From contig JBEKME010000016.1 of NCBI GenBank assembly GCA_050008675.1, positions 14,649-78,648 on the forward strand: a stretch of DNA of 64,000 nt, read 5' to 3'. Under the pieces are notes generated by a model that worked only from the letters and a program-made list of their open reading frames with translations, searched no databases and was not told the origin of the DNA. Position numbers and translations under genes: made by a program. The stretch's first letter is position 1. Every line of letters starts with the position of its first letter. The DNA is from Terriglobia bacterium. GTDB lineage: Bacteria; Acidobacteriota; Terriglobia; UBA7540. Below, in pieces: positions 18,870 to 27,870 of the stretch.

Positions 18870-19043
18870 ATGCAATTGCAGAGTATTCTGAATCGCTTGC
18901 AGAAATGCAATTCTTTTGTCGATGAAGGAGTAAAGTGGGAGGGGGGAGAAGGGGCAGAGTCTGAACAACTATCTTTTGCCCTTTTCGCCGTTTTGAAGGG
19001 CTCGTCGCGCAAGTCGAGTGTTAGCGTCGTAAGAAGACACTGA
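18870..19043 (+). pseudogene. possible N-terminal remnant of an ISL3-type transposase
   Basis: 57-codon ORF, not in the track. MQLQSILNRLQKCNSFVDEGVKW resembles the N-termini of ISL3-family transposases as I recall them (MQLxTILNRVQKxxxFVY). It is truncated before any catalytic domain. Confidence 0.3.
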
Positions 19044-19080
19044 CTAACTCATGGAAACTCCTGACAGCCCCTCCTCACGC

Positions 19081-20523
19081 CTAACGCGACGCCAAGTCTC
19101 CTCCTGGGATGGGGCCGATACGCTGCGGGGCTTGCACAGTCGAGCGGCGGAAAGGGGCTGGCGATAAGCGCATGGATCGGCGCTTCCTGGCGTTCTGATA
19201 AACGCGAAGTTGGACGTGGGCGAAGAGGGGCGCCAGCGCTATCCAGCCGACCGAGTAAAAGCTATAGGTAATCTCTGTTACGGAGTATAGGGTGAAGAAG
19301 GTCATGACGCCCAGGAGTTCGCCTGGCAGTGAACTGGCTTCTCCAGCGGGCTTGGTGCAGTAGAAACGCAGGACGCCCATCCACACCCATACGATGGCGA
19401 TCACAAAGGGGATTACGCCCAGAAAACCGCTCTGGATCAGAGCGTCGAGGAAGGTGTTCTGCATGTTCTGGCCATGAAGAAAGTAGCGATCTGCCCAAAA
19501 ACCGAGCCCGACCCAAGGTGATTGCTGCAAGGCCTGCCAACCGTTCGCCCAGGTCGCTGTACGCCCTGTAAGCGTCAGGTCAATCCCCCTCCCGCGGGTG
19601 AGGTAAAGCATAAAGGCCTGACCAAAACCGGTGAGCCACACCAGCGGGAGGGCGAGGAGCGCGAGCATAATGATGGGGACCCTCCACCGCGTGGGGGCAC
19701 GCGCCAGGAGCGCCACGACGGCGACAACGACCGACACGCAAGACGTTCGAGCCTGGGATAGCAGTAAAGCCGCTCCTGCGGCCAGCGTGAGGGGTGTCCA
19801 GATGAACAGGGTTTTCTTGTCCTTTCGGTCATGCAAGAGTTTCGCCAAGCCCACGAGAATAACGATTCCCGCAAACCTCCCAAACCCCGTGCTCCTCGGT
19901 CCTGCCATCCCCATCACTTCTTCTCTGACTTTGCCATAGGCCATCACGCCCAAAGGGCTGCCGACAGTGGGACTGGCCGTGCCCCCGCCCAACAGGGGAA
20001 TCCCGGCAAGCAAGCCCAAGCAAACGGCCGCGCAACAACCCCAGTTGACTGAAATGAAGCGCGCAAGGTGCGCCTCTGGCTCAGAGCCAGAGGCAACCGC
20101 GATCACAACAACGATCACAGAAATGTACTGGAGCGCCCAATAAGCGGCGCCGATAGGCTCGGGAGAAACGAAGAGGGAAGAGGCCAACCCGATCCCTGCG
20201 TAAACCAACAGCAGGATAAGAGGGCTGAACGCCAGCCACTTGGGGAGGGATCGGCGCTGGGCGAGTTGGCACGCAGCGATCACGCCAGCGAGGATGGGGA
20301 AGAAAGCCCGCACGCCGTGGACGAAATTGATAAAGTTCTTCGGAAAGAGCGGGTCCATGGAATAGTAAATTGTGCTGTTGTAGCCGGACCAAACCAAGAG
20401 GCAGAGAACCGAGGTCAGCATCAGTCCCCGAGCTTCCTGCTTCCGCATGGCAGGCATTGCAGTGCGGAGGTGCAGACTCGGAGAGGAGGGGGGGCGGGGT
20501 TGGCGAAGATTTTCTACGGTCAT
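19081..20523 (-). CDS. O-antigen ligase/polymerase-like membrane protein (Wzy-type)
   Basis: At least 10 hydrophobic segments and its position in the EPS locus. The ORF N-terminus upstream of about 20523 is translated tandem repeat, so the start is placed at the ATG at 20523. Alternative ATGs lie at 20457 and 20448. Confidence 0.7.
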   Translation of the reverse strand: MTVENLRQPRPPSSPSLHLRTAMPAMRKQEARGLMLTSVLCLLVWSGYNSTIYYSMDPLFPKNFINFVHGVRAFFPILAGVIAACQLAQRRSLPKWLAFSPLILLLVYAGIGLASSLFVSPEPIGAAYWALQYISVIVVVIAVASGSEPEAHLARFISVNWGCCAAVCLGLLAGIPLLGGGTASPTVGSPLGVMAYGKVREEVMGMAGPRSTGFGRFAGIVILVGLAKLLHDRKDKKTLFIWTPLTLAAGAALLLSQARTSCVSVVVAVVALLARAPTRWRVPIIMLALLALPLVWLTGFGQAFMLYLTRGRGIDLTLTGRTATWANGWQALQQSPWVGLGFWADRYFLHGQNMQNTFLDALIQSGFLGVIPFVIAIVWVWMGVLRFYCTKPAGEASSLPGELLGVMTFFTLYSVTEITYSFYSVGWIALAPLFAHVQLRVYQNARKRRSMRLSPAPFRRSTVQAPQRIGPIPGGDLASR

Positions 20524-20545
20524 CGCTTGGTCCAGGATGGCGAGA

Positions 20546-20650
20546 ATTGCCGATTTTCGATTGGCGATTTTCGATTGCCGATGACCATTGGAAGGAGTTG
20601 CCACACCACTTTTTCAATCGCCAATCGGCAATCAGCAATCGGGAATCAGG
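20546..20650. repeat. inverted arrays of 8-nt tandem repeat (CAATCGSC / GATTTTCG)
   Basis: The left array 20546..20582 and right array 20615..20650 are imperfect reverse complements. They lie between the GT4 stop and the wzy start. Confidence 0.75.
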
Positions 20651-21956
20651 CCGCCTCCCCGGACGGCCTCTTCTGTGATTCAGAAGGAGAGACTCCCAGG
20701 GCCTGTTCATAGGCCTCGATGATCCGTTCGGTGACGCGGTCCCAGTCGTAAACCTGGCGGGCGCGCTCAAAGGCGGCCCGACCCATTTGCGCACACAAGT
20801 TGCGATCGCTGGCGAGTTTTTCGAGCGCGACGGCCATGTCGCGCACCGCTTGGTCGGGAGCGCGGGCCGGAACTTTGAATCCGCACTCCTCATTGACGTG
20901 CAGCCCCGGGCCGCCCAAGTCAAGGCAGACCACGGCCTTGCCAGATGCCATCGCTTCCACCACCACCAAGCCGCCCCCGTCACGCAGGCTGGCGAAGAGA
21001 AAAACGTCACAGGAGCGCATGCTGGCCAGCAGACGCTCGCGCGGCATCCAGCTTACAATGTGCGCCTGCTTCGCGATACCCAGCTCGTGGATCAGACTTT
21101 CGAGGCGGTTCAGCTCCGGGCCCTTCCCTACAATCGTAAAGCCCGCCTCCGGGTGCTTTTCTGCAAGAATCGCGAAGGCGCGCAAAGCAAGGTCGAATCC
21201 CTTGAGCGCAACCAAACGGCCTGCGGACAGTACGGCTAACTTCTCGCTTCGCGCCTGCTGCTGCGGGGGGGTGAGTTCATGACCCGAAATGCCGTTTACG
21301 GAAAGCAGTTGTACTTTATGCCGCCAACGGGCCGGCACCTCCTCCACGGCCTCGCGGTTGCAAGCCAGGATCACCCGAGCGCGGTGCTGGCTCAATACAA
21401 AAAGAGGATCATGCCGGAAGATCCACTGTCCGAATGAACGCCGGAACTCCGCCAGGCGACTCCCCAGGCGAAAACCCTTAAGGAACGGTTTGGGAATCCG
21501 GTGAGCACCCCCGCCGGGGCCGCGCACGTAGGGGACGGGCAGCAAGGCTCCGATGATGCTGGCCATCCAGTCGTTTTCGTATGTGAGATGGTGAAAAAGG
21601 TTGAATCGAACGCGGCGCTGAAGCCCTCGGGCGACAAAGTAGGCTTTCCATTGCCAGAGATAGGCATACAACTGAATCCCCACTTGATGCCGCATCAGCG
21701 CGTGCAGCCAGCCCGGCAGGTCTAAGTAAACGAATTGCACGTCCGGAAGCGGCTGCTTCTTGAGCGCCGCCTCAATAGCCTCGCAGTTCTGGGCGGCGGT
21801 GAGTACCCGCAACCGATGCACGCGACCTAGGCGCTTGACCAGGTTCCAGGCCAGAATATCGCCGCCCCCAAAGAACTTCGTACTCGGATCCGCCGCGCAG
21901 GCAAAGGCGCAGATCAAGACTCGCAGTTTCGTCCCTGTAGACTCCGAGCCAACCAT
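20646..21956 (-). CDS. glycosyltransferase family 4
   Basis: The C-terminal domain has FLFASLRDGGGLVVVEAMASGKAVV (E-x7-E region). Start moved to the ATG at 21956 (MVGSESTGTKLRVLICAF). Confidence 0.8.
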   Translation of the reverse strand: MVGSESTGTKLRVLICAFACAADPSTKFFGGGDILAWNLVKRLGRVHRLRVLTAAQNCEAIEAALKKQPLPDVQFVYLDLPGWLHALMRHQVGIQLYAYLWQWKAYFVARGLQRRVRFNLFHHLTYENDWMASIIGALLPVPYVRGPGGGAHRIPKPFLKGFRLGSRLAEFRRSFGQWIFRHDPLFVLSQHRARVILACNREAVEEVPARWRHKVQLLSVNGISGHELTPPQQQARSEKLAVLSAGRLVALKGFDLALRAFAILAEKHPEAGFTIVGKGPELNRLESLIHELGIAKQAHIVSWMPRERLLASMRSCDVFLFASLRDGGGLVVVEAMASGKAVVCLDLGGPGLHVNEECGFKVPARAPDQAVRDMAVALEKLASDRNLCAQMGRAAFERARQVYDWDRVTERIIEAYEQALGVSPSESQKRPSGEAA

Positions 21957-22105
21957 TAACCTACTAGCGCCTGTTTCTGCGGGCTTAGCGTGCCGCGACG
22001 AGTGTACGCTGCAGCGACCCGGGGTAGCCTCCCCCTGGGGCGGTACCATTCATAAGTAGAGTGTCACGGCGCTCAAGGGAAGATTCCTCACCGGCTAGCC
22101 AGCGA

Positions 22106-22936
22106 TTACTTGTAGCATGCGAGATGTCGCTCACGCCCGCGTGCGTATGCTTCTATTCGGTCGAATCCGAATGACCGCAGCATTTCGCACATGTGCTCAG
22201 CAGTCACACCCGGAGGAAGTGATCGCGGATGAACCTCACAGCCGAGGAACTCGCACGCCGGATCCGTCAAGGTTTGGCGAAGACCGTGCGGGACCGAGTA
22301 TTCGTAGCCTTCCACGTCCATTTTTACCAGTCGAGGAACAGGCAAACCCTTGGTCTCTCGGCATGCGTCTCCATTCACCACCTCAACGGTCTCCGCCTCT
22401 CTGAAGCGGGGGTCTTGGGATGTCAGCAGAGTTGACTGACCGGGGTTATCCTTGTGGATGAAAAGGCTAGCGATCCGCCTTTCATCGCCTAATGCTTTCC
22501 GGAAGGAGATAACGTTCACCAGCCCGTTTAGTTGGATATTCTCCTGCAAACGCAAGTGATTCCGGCTGTCCGGTTCAAACGCGATCACATGTCCCTCCGG
22601 CCCCACCCTCTTCGACAAGAAGATGGTATACAGCCCTACGTTAGCCCCGATATCGTAGACGGTGTCACCCCGATGAACCGCCCCGAGAAAGAGTTCTATC
22701 AGCTCCCTCTCAGAAGCACCTGAGTTCCTAACCTGAACCGCCCTCTCGAGCATCCTCAACTCCGAAGGACTCCTCACAAAGAATTCAGCGGTCATTCCAG
22801 CTATGTTTGCACGTACTCTCTTCCGGGGAGCCCCCAGGCGGAAGTAGGCCGATTTAAGCGGTCCGTGTATACGCAGTGCTGGCGCGAGGGAGGCAGGACC
22901 GCGGCGGTAAGTTAGGTTTCTTAGTGCATTAAACAT
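22106..22936 (-). CDS. FkbM-family SAM-dependent methyltransferase
   Basis: GDTVYDIGANVGLYTIFLSKRVGPEGHVIAFEP. Start moved to the ATG at 22936 to avoid an 80-nt overlap with the upstream GT2. Confidence 0.8.
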   Translation of the reverse strand: MFNALRNLTYRRGPASLAPALRIHGPLKSAYFRLGAPRKRVRANIAGMTAEFFVRSPSELRMLERAVQVRNSGASERELIELFLGAVHRGDTVYDIGANVGLYTIFLSKRVGPEGHVIAFEPDSRNHLRLQENIQLNGLVNVISFRKALGDERRIASLFIHKDNPGQSTLLTSQDPRFREAETVEVVNGDACRETKGLPVPRLVKMDVEGYEYSVPHGLRQTLTDPACEFLGCEVHPRSLPPGVTAEHMCEMLRSFGFDRIEAYARGRERHLACYK

Positions 22937-22985
22937 AAGGTCCCTCCGTTGTAGTCCAATCCTTGGATTGTCAGAAATAACGGCA

Positions 22986-23933
22986 CTAACAGAGGGGATC
23001 GGGTCCTGCCGTCCCGCGAGAGGTATCGACTGCGGGAATGGGAGCAAGGAATCCGTCTTTTGCACCCCGCAGTTCCGCCCACATACAATCCCATTGCATC
23101 CTCAGGCCCATCTTCAACAACCGCCAGCAACAGTGAACTGGATACAAGCATAAAACGGAGAGAAAGTGCCAGGGGCGGCCGACTTTCCGCAATGTCCAGA
23201 GTTGATTGCGCGTCAGTAGGTATCGAATCAAGGCGGCTGGCTGTTTCCTTGAGGATGCTCCGAGGAAGTGCCACACTTTGCCTTGGGGGCAGTACAGGAG
23301 TCTGAAGCCCGCCCGCCGACAGCGAAGCGACCAGTCCACATCTTCGTTTCTAGTAAAGCCCGGGTCGAATCCTCCTACCACTTTCACTATTCCCATCGGA
23401 ATCAAGAGACAGCAAGTGGAAGCTGCGTCCATTTCCATCACTTGGTCGAATTGTCCCCGGTCAACCGAGTTATAGACTGGATTGAAGTAGAAGCCCGTCC
23501 AGAGACTCAGCCGCCCATAGGCAAACCATAGCCGCTTGGGATCATGAAGGTAGTAGACCTTGGGCCCTACGGCTACAGCGTCGTCATGCGCTTTTGCCGT
23601 GGCTACCAGGTGGGAAATCAAACTCCGGTCCACCTTGGTATCGTTGTCGAGAATCAACACATAATCGCTGCCGAGCTCGGCAGCTCGCGCGATGCCTCGG
23701 TTGCGCGCCTCTGAAACTCCCAGGTTTGCAGGCTGGCGGAGAAGCTCCAAGTCGGGGAAGCGCTGGGTGATTCGGGCGGGAGAATTGTCCGCAGAGCCAT
23801 TATCAACGACAACCACCTGAAAATTGGGATAGTCCGATTCCGCTATGCTCTCGATGCAGGGAATCGTGAACTCGGCGCCATTCCAATTGACCAGCACCGC
23901 ACCTACCTTGGGCGCGTCCTCCAATTCATTCAT
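22986..23933 (-). CDS. glycosyltransferase family 2
   Basis: GAVLVNWNG ... VVVVDNGSADNS ... ILDNDT. 315 aa. Confidence 0.85.
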   Translation of the reverse strand: MNELEDAPKVGAVLVNWNGAEFTIPCIESIAESDYPNFQVVVVDNGSADNSPARITQRFPDLELLRQPANLGVSEARNRGIARAAELGSDYVLILDNDTKVDRSLISHLVATAKAHDDAVAVGPKVYYLHDPKRLWFAYGRLSLWTGFYFNPVYNSVDRGQFDQVMEMDAASTCCLLIPMGIVKVVGGFDPGFTRNEDVDWSLRCRRAGFRLLYCPQGKVWHFLGASSRKQPAALIRYLLTRNQLWTLRKVGRPWHFLSVLCLYPVHCCWRLLKMGLRMQWDCMWAELRGAKDGFLAPIPAVDTSRGTAGPDPLC

Positions 23934-23946
23934 GGACGTTCATCCT

Positions 23947-25110
23947 TCACCCAAGACCCTGCGTGTTGAGGGCTAGAATTTCATGAGCCGTCTTTTCTGC
24001 GGTGCTCTCCCACGAAAAATCTTGGGCACGTTTCAGGCCCTTCTCAATCATATTATTGCGGGCGGAGTCCACGTTTGCCTTGTAGAGCGCCTCGATCAGG
24101 GACTCCGGATAATCGGGATCAATCGCAAAGGCTGCGTCGCCTACGACCTCGGGAAGCGACGCACGGTTCGACGCTATCACCGGAGTCCCGCAAGCCATCG
24201 CTTCGACAGGGGGGAGACCGAAACCTTCATAGAACGATGGGTAAAGTAATGCTTGCGATGCCGCGTAGAGGGATGAGAGTTCGTCGTCGGGAACGTGCCC
24301 AATAAACCGGAACAGGTCTGTCTGCCCGCCATCCTCGATCAGTTTGATCGTGGTATGGGGCCGTTCACCCTGGGGCTTTTCGCTCGTAACTACGACCGGG
24401 AGTCTGATGCGTGGGTCGAGTCGTGCCCGCGCATAGGTTTCTACAATGAGGCGGAAATTCTTTCTTGCCCCCAGCCCGCTGACGTACAGATAAAACGCTT
24501 CTGGAAGATGATAACGCGTGCGAACGTCTTTGACACTCTGCGCTCCACGTAGTAAACGGAACCGCTCGTGGTCTATCCCGGCGTAAATGGTCGTGACGCG
24601 ATCGTCCGGCACACCAAACACTCTTTTCAGGTCGCCTGCCGCGGAGTTCGAATCCGTAATAATGCGGTCGGCCTTCATGACCGCCTTTCGCACGACTAAG
24701 CGCCAGTAGAAGCCTTTCAGGCGTGTGTGTTCCACGGGATAGCGTTCAGGCTCAAGGTGCTCGAGGAAGGGGTACACATCATGGATCACCACTAGAAATC
24801 GCCTTGCCCGGATCGGCACTGTGGGCAACCGCGACTCCAGCGATACAAATACATCCGCACCCCAACCCAGGACAGCCGCGTAAGCGTGCTCCCAAAGCAC
24901 CCGCAACTGCCTGTTAGCCCGGTTGGCCGGCAATCGCACCTTTCGAAGCCCATTCATTGACAACCCAAGGGGTGAGTCCTTGGAAAGCAGCACTGTCACT
25001 TGGCACCCTCTCGTTATCAGGAGCGGAATAATCCGCGGGAGAAGTTCCTGGATGTACTGGCCAATTCCCCCGACGGACGGTGTGGCGGTTGCAAAAATGA
25101 CTACCTTCAT
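23947..25110 (-). CDS. glycosyltransferase family 4
   Basis: [20 protein letters not shown]-terminus. [23 protein letters not shown] (E-x7-E). Confidence 0.85.
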   Translation of the reverse strand: MKVVIFATATPSVGGIGQYIQELLPRIIPLLITRGCQVTVLLSKDSPLGLSMNGLRKVRLPANRANRQLRVLWEHAYAAVLGWGADVFVSLESRLPTVPIRARRFLVVIHDVYPFLEHLEPERYPVEHTRLKGFYWRLVVRKAVMKADRIITDSNSAAGDLKRVFGVPDDRVTTIYAGIDHERFRLLRGAQSVKDVRTRYHLPEAFYLYVSGLGARKNFRLIVETYARARLDPRIRLPVVVTSEKPQGERPHTTIKLIEDGGQTDLFRFIGHVPDDELSSLYAASQALLYPSFYEGFGLPPVEAMACGTPVIASNRASLPEVVGDAAFAIDPDYPESLIEALYKANVDSARNNMIEKGLKRAQDFSWESTAEKTAHEILALNTQGLG

Positions 25111-25215
25111 TTGCCTGTTGCCCCAAAAACAGAATAGGACGTTTATGCAAGCATCGATAACAGCATGACAGACTCAAACAGCGTCAAACCCATGTTCTTC
25201 GACGGGCCACACGGA

Positions 25216-26271
25216 TTAATTACGCGTCTTAATCAGTCGCGCAACTAAGTCCTGGTCGCGGGCACAAAACAGATTAAGCACGCAGCCCCTCGGCAAACTC
25301 AGGAAGCGGCGTAAAGTGTCCTCGTGTGAGGAGGCCGCAAGTTCGTCCGCTATATCATCAATTGCCATGAACTTAAAACCGTAAGAGGTAAGCTTTTTCA
25401 ATAGATCGTTCGCTGCATCTGCGTCAAGGTAATGTGGGTTGAACTCTGTAATGACGGTCATTTGCGGATTCTGGCTGATCAGATGATCCATCCCTCGCAA
25501 GGCGAGGGGCTCAGCTCCTTCGATATCCATTTTGAGCAGCCTCGGGCAAACGCATGAAGGGCGAAAGAACTCGTCCAGCGTAATGGTCTCGACGGCGATT
25601 GGTTGGCAGACAGCAACGGCTGTTAGCCTCCACTCCAGCGGCTCATGAATTACGCTATGTTGCATTGAATTACCCGCCACAAAGAGCTTTGCCCTCCGCT
25701 TTTGGTCAGACGCTGCTTTCTCGGTCGCGACGACATTGGTTAGGTTATTAGCCGCAATGTTCTTGGCTAGCAGCGCATAGTTCCTCGGGTGGGGCTCAAA
25801 GGCGAAGACTTTGCCGTTGGACCCGCAAAGCGTCGCCGCCAAAATTGTGTAATATCCCCAATGCGCGCCAACGTCGATGACGACATCCCCCGGCCGGACC
25901 ACGTTGCGAAACACGAAAGTAGTTGCTGGTTCCCACGGTCTGCCTAATGATAATTCTCCCGGCATTTCGTTCATGTCCAGGTACATCGCGAAGTCGGGGA
26001 ACCTCACCAGAACCAGTCCTTGATCGTCCGGAAGGGCAAACAACAGCGGCTTTAGGAACCGGCGATACACAAGTGAAACGCCCGGTATGCGGCCAACGCG
26101 TGCGCGTAGCCCGCGGTCGAGAAGGCCATAACAGGCCTTGCCCAGCGGGGAGAGAAGGGGACGCAGGAATCCCCGAGGTACTGGCTCCCTGTTGCTCTGG
26201 CATTCCATACCTTTAACCTCCTTCCGATCAACCCGGTAGGCCCATGAGGGGACTAGAGCAAACCCCAACAT
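25216..26271 (-). CDS. FkbM-family SAM-dependent methyltransferase
   Basis: GDVVIDVGAHWGYYTILAATLCGSNGKVFAFEP. An alternative start lies at 26208. Confidence 0.8.
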   Translation of the reverse strand: MLGFALVPSWAYRVDRKEVKGMECQSNREPVPRGFLRPLLSPLGKACYGLLDRGLRARVGRIPGVSLVYRRFLKPLLFALPDDQGLVLVRFPDFAMYLDMNEMPGELSLGRPWEPATTFVFRNVVRPGDVVIDVGAHWGYYTILAATLCGSNGKVFAFEPHPRNYALLAKNIAANNLTNVVATEKAASDQKRRAKLFVAGNSMQHSVIHEPLEWRLTAVAVCQPIAVETITLDEFFRPSCVCPRLLKMDIEGAEPLALRGMDHLISQNPQMTVITEFNPHYLDADAANDLLKKLTSYGFKFMAIDDIADELAASSHEDTLRRFLSLPRGCVLNLFCARDQDLVARLIKTRN

Positions 26272-26370
26272 GCCTCATGGGCGACTGCGCTGCCGAGCTT
26301 TTGAGAATAGGGTGCAGTTAGCCATGTCGGCCGATGGCTAAGGTGTTTGGGGAGTTGTACCGACTGAGCA

Positions 26371-26958
26371 TCATCCTCGGAGCATCGCGTGCTGCATCCC
26401 CCCTTCGGCTGTCCCGCCAGTCCGGCGCACCAGAGCCTTAAGTTTTTGCCCCTCGGAGCCAACAATTACGACAGGCAGAAAAATGTCTCTGCCGCCGACC
26501 TCCGTAGCATAGGTCCGAACGAGCAGCGCGAGGTTCTTATTCCGGCTGAGGTTCCCGGCGTACAGGTAGAAAGATTCAGGGAGGCGATACCGGATCAGCG
26601 CCCGAGCCTGAAGACGAGCACGTCACAGCCTGGGGCCTCGACTTCCATCTCCCATTCGCCCACCCACACGCATCTCCCAGACCGCGAGGGGCAATTCCGG
26701 TTTCCTGCGCTTCGTCTGGCGAAGAATCTGGGCAGACTTCTCATCCATCCGGCCGCCGTAGTCGAAGCCGAACTCGTCGATCATGACGACCGGCCGCGGG
26801 TTTCCGCCGTAGTTCTGCCCCACCAGATTGTAGACTGCCTTCTCGATCGGCGAGCGCAACAGGTTGAACCAGGTGTTGCCGACACCTATCACGACACCCC
26901 GCGCCCGCCAATACCGCCAGTTTTGACTACCATGAACAACATAAGCGCTATAATCCAC
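26371..26958 (-). pseudogene. decayed glycosyltransferase family 4 gene (in-frame TGA, truncated)
   Basis: A single frame reads ...VWEMRVGGRMGDGSRGPRL-TGA(26623..26625)-RARLQARALIRYRLPESFYLYAGNLSRNKNLALLVRTYA..., ending at 26371 before any EGFG/E-x7-E motif. The second half parallels [29 protein letters not shown] of the intact GT4 at 23947..25110. Confidence 0.5.
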
Positions 26959-27869
26959 TATGCTACGGGTTTGAGGCCGTGAGTGAGGCTCGAAAAAAGG
27001 GCGACAAGATTCCCCCAAGCTCGCCGGAATTGCCCCGCTTGGAACGCTGTAATCCCCTGAAACAAGCTCAGCAGAGCCCTGACGACGACTGCCAGGCAAC
27101 ACAACGCAGGCGAAAGTTCCCGATGCTTCCTGACAAAGTAGAGGCGGTTCACCACTTCCTTTTTCCCGAACAAATACGCATTCGTGCGGCCGATGCGCGA
27201 GGGATAGTGCCAAACGCGCGCCTCGGCCAGGACGGCTAGCTCAAATCTTCTGCTGATGCCATAACTAAAATCTAAGTCCTCAAGGTAGCTGTAACCTTGA
27301 TACCATTCGTCAAACGAGTATTCCGCCAGTATCTGGCGGCGGTAGACGACGGCCGTGCTCGGCAACCACTGCACGTACTGGGTTCGCGAAACAAAACCGA
27401 TCAGGGTATGAACGCCCGAGCACAGCACCGCACCACCACGAGAATCATACAAAGCCAGCTTGGCTGCGAGCCTGAGGGACTTCAAGCGAGAGGCGAAAAG
27501 GGGTGGGTGATTCACCAGGTTGAAGCCCACCCCTGCAAGTTCCGGGGGAGATGACTCCCAAAAGTTCATCATTACTTCAAGCGCCTGAGGCTCGACAACA
27601 ATATCATCGTCCATGAAGGCGATCAGGTTAATCTCCCCACGCACCGCTTGCACGCCCTGGTTCCTCTTGGCAGAAGCGGAGCCCCGCGGGGAGGTGAGGA
27701 CAGTCACGGCGAGTTGGGGGAGTTCGCTCGCCAGTGGCTTCGCCTCGCCGCCCTCATCGATGATGACCACCTGGTCCGGGAGGCGGGATTGCCTGGCAAG
27801 GCTTTCAAGCGTTCGCCGCAGCTCGTCGCGGCGCCCGATCGTCGGTATGACAACGGAAACCTTATGGAT
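26958..27869 (-). CDS. glycosyltransferase family 2 (no canonical start codon upstream of its conserved N-terminus)
   Basis: The first canonical start is GTG at 27770. However, the frame is open from 27878 and encodes KIHKVSVVIPTIGRRDELRRTLESLARQ, the GT2 N-terminal signature. The only candidate start there is ATC at 27869. FMDDDIV lies downstream. Confidence 0.7.
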   Translation of the reverse strand: MHKVSVVIPTIGRRDELRRTLESLARQSRLPDQVVIIDEGGEAKPLASELPQLAVTVLTSPRGSASAKRNQGVQAVRGEINLIAFMDDDIVVEPQALEVMMNFWESSPPELAGVGFNLVNHPPLFASRLKSLRLAAKLALYDSRGGAVLCSGVHTLIGFVSRTQYVQWLPSTAVVYRRQILAEYSFDEWYQGYSYLEDLDFSYGISRRFELAVLAEARVWHYPSRIGRTNAYLFGKKEVVNRLYFVRKHRELSPALCCLAVVVRALLSLFQGITAFQAGQFRRAWGNLVALFSSLTHGLKPVA

Positions 27870-27870
27870 C

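Noticed and set aside
26623-26625. In-frame TGA as selenocysteine
   Set aside because: The gene is otherwise truncated and lacks its catalytic motif. Glycosyltransferases are not known selenoproteins, and no SECIS-like hairpin follows the codon.
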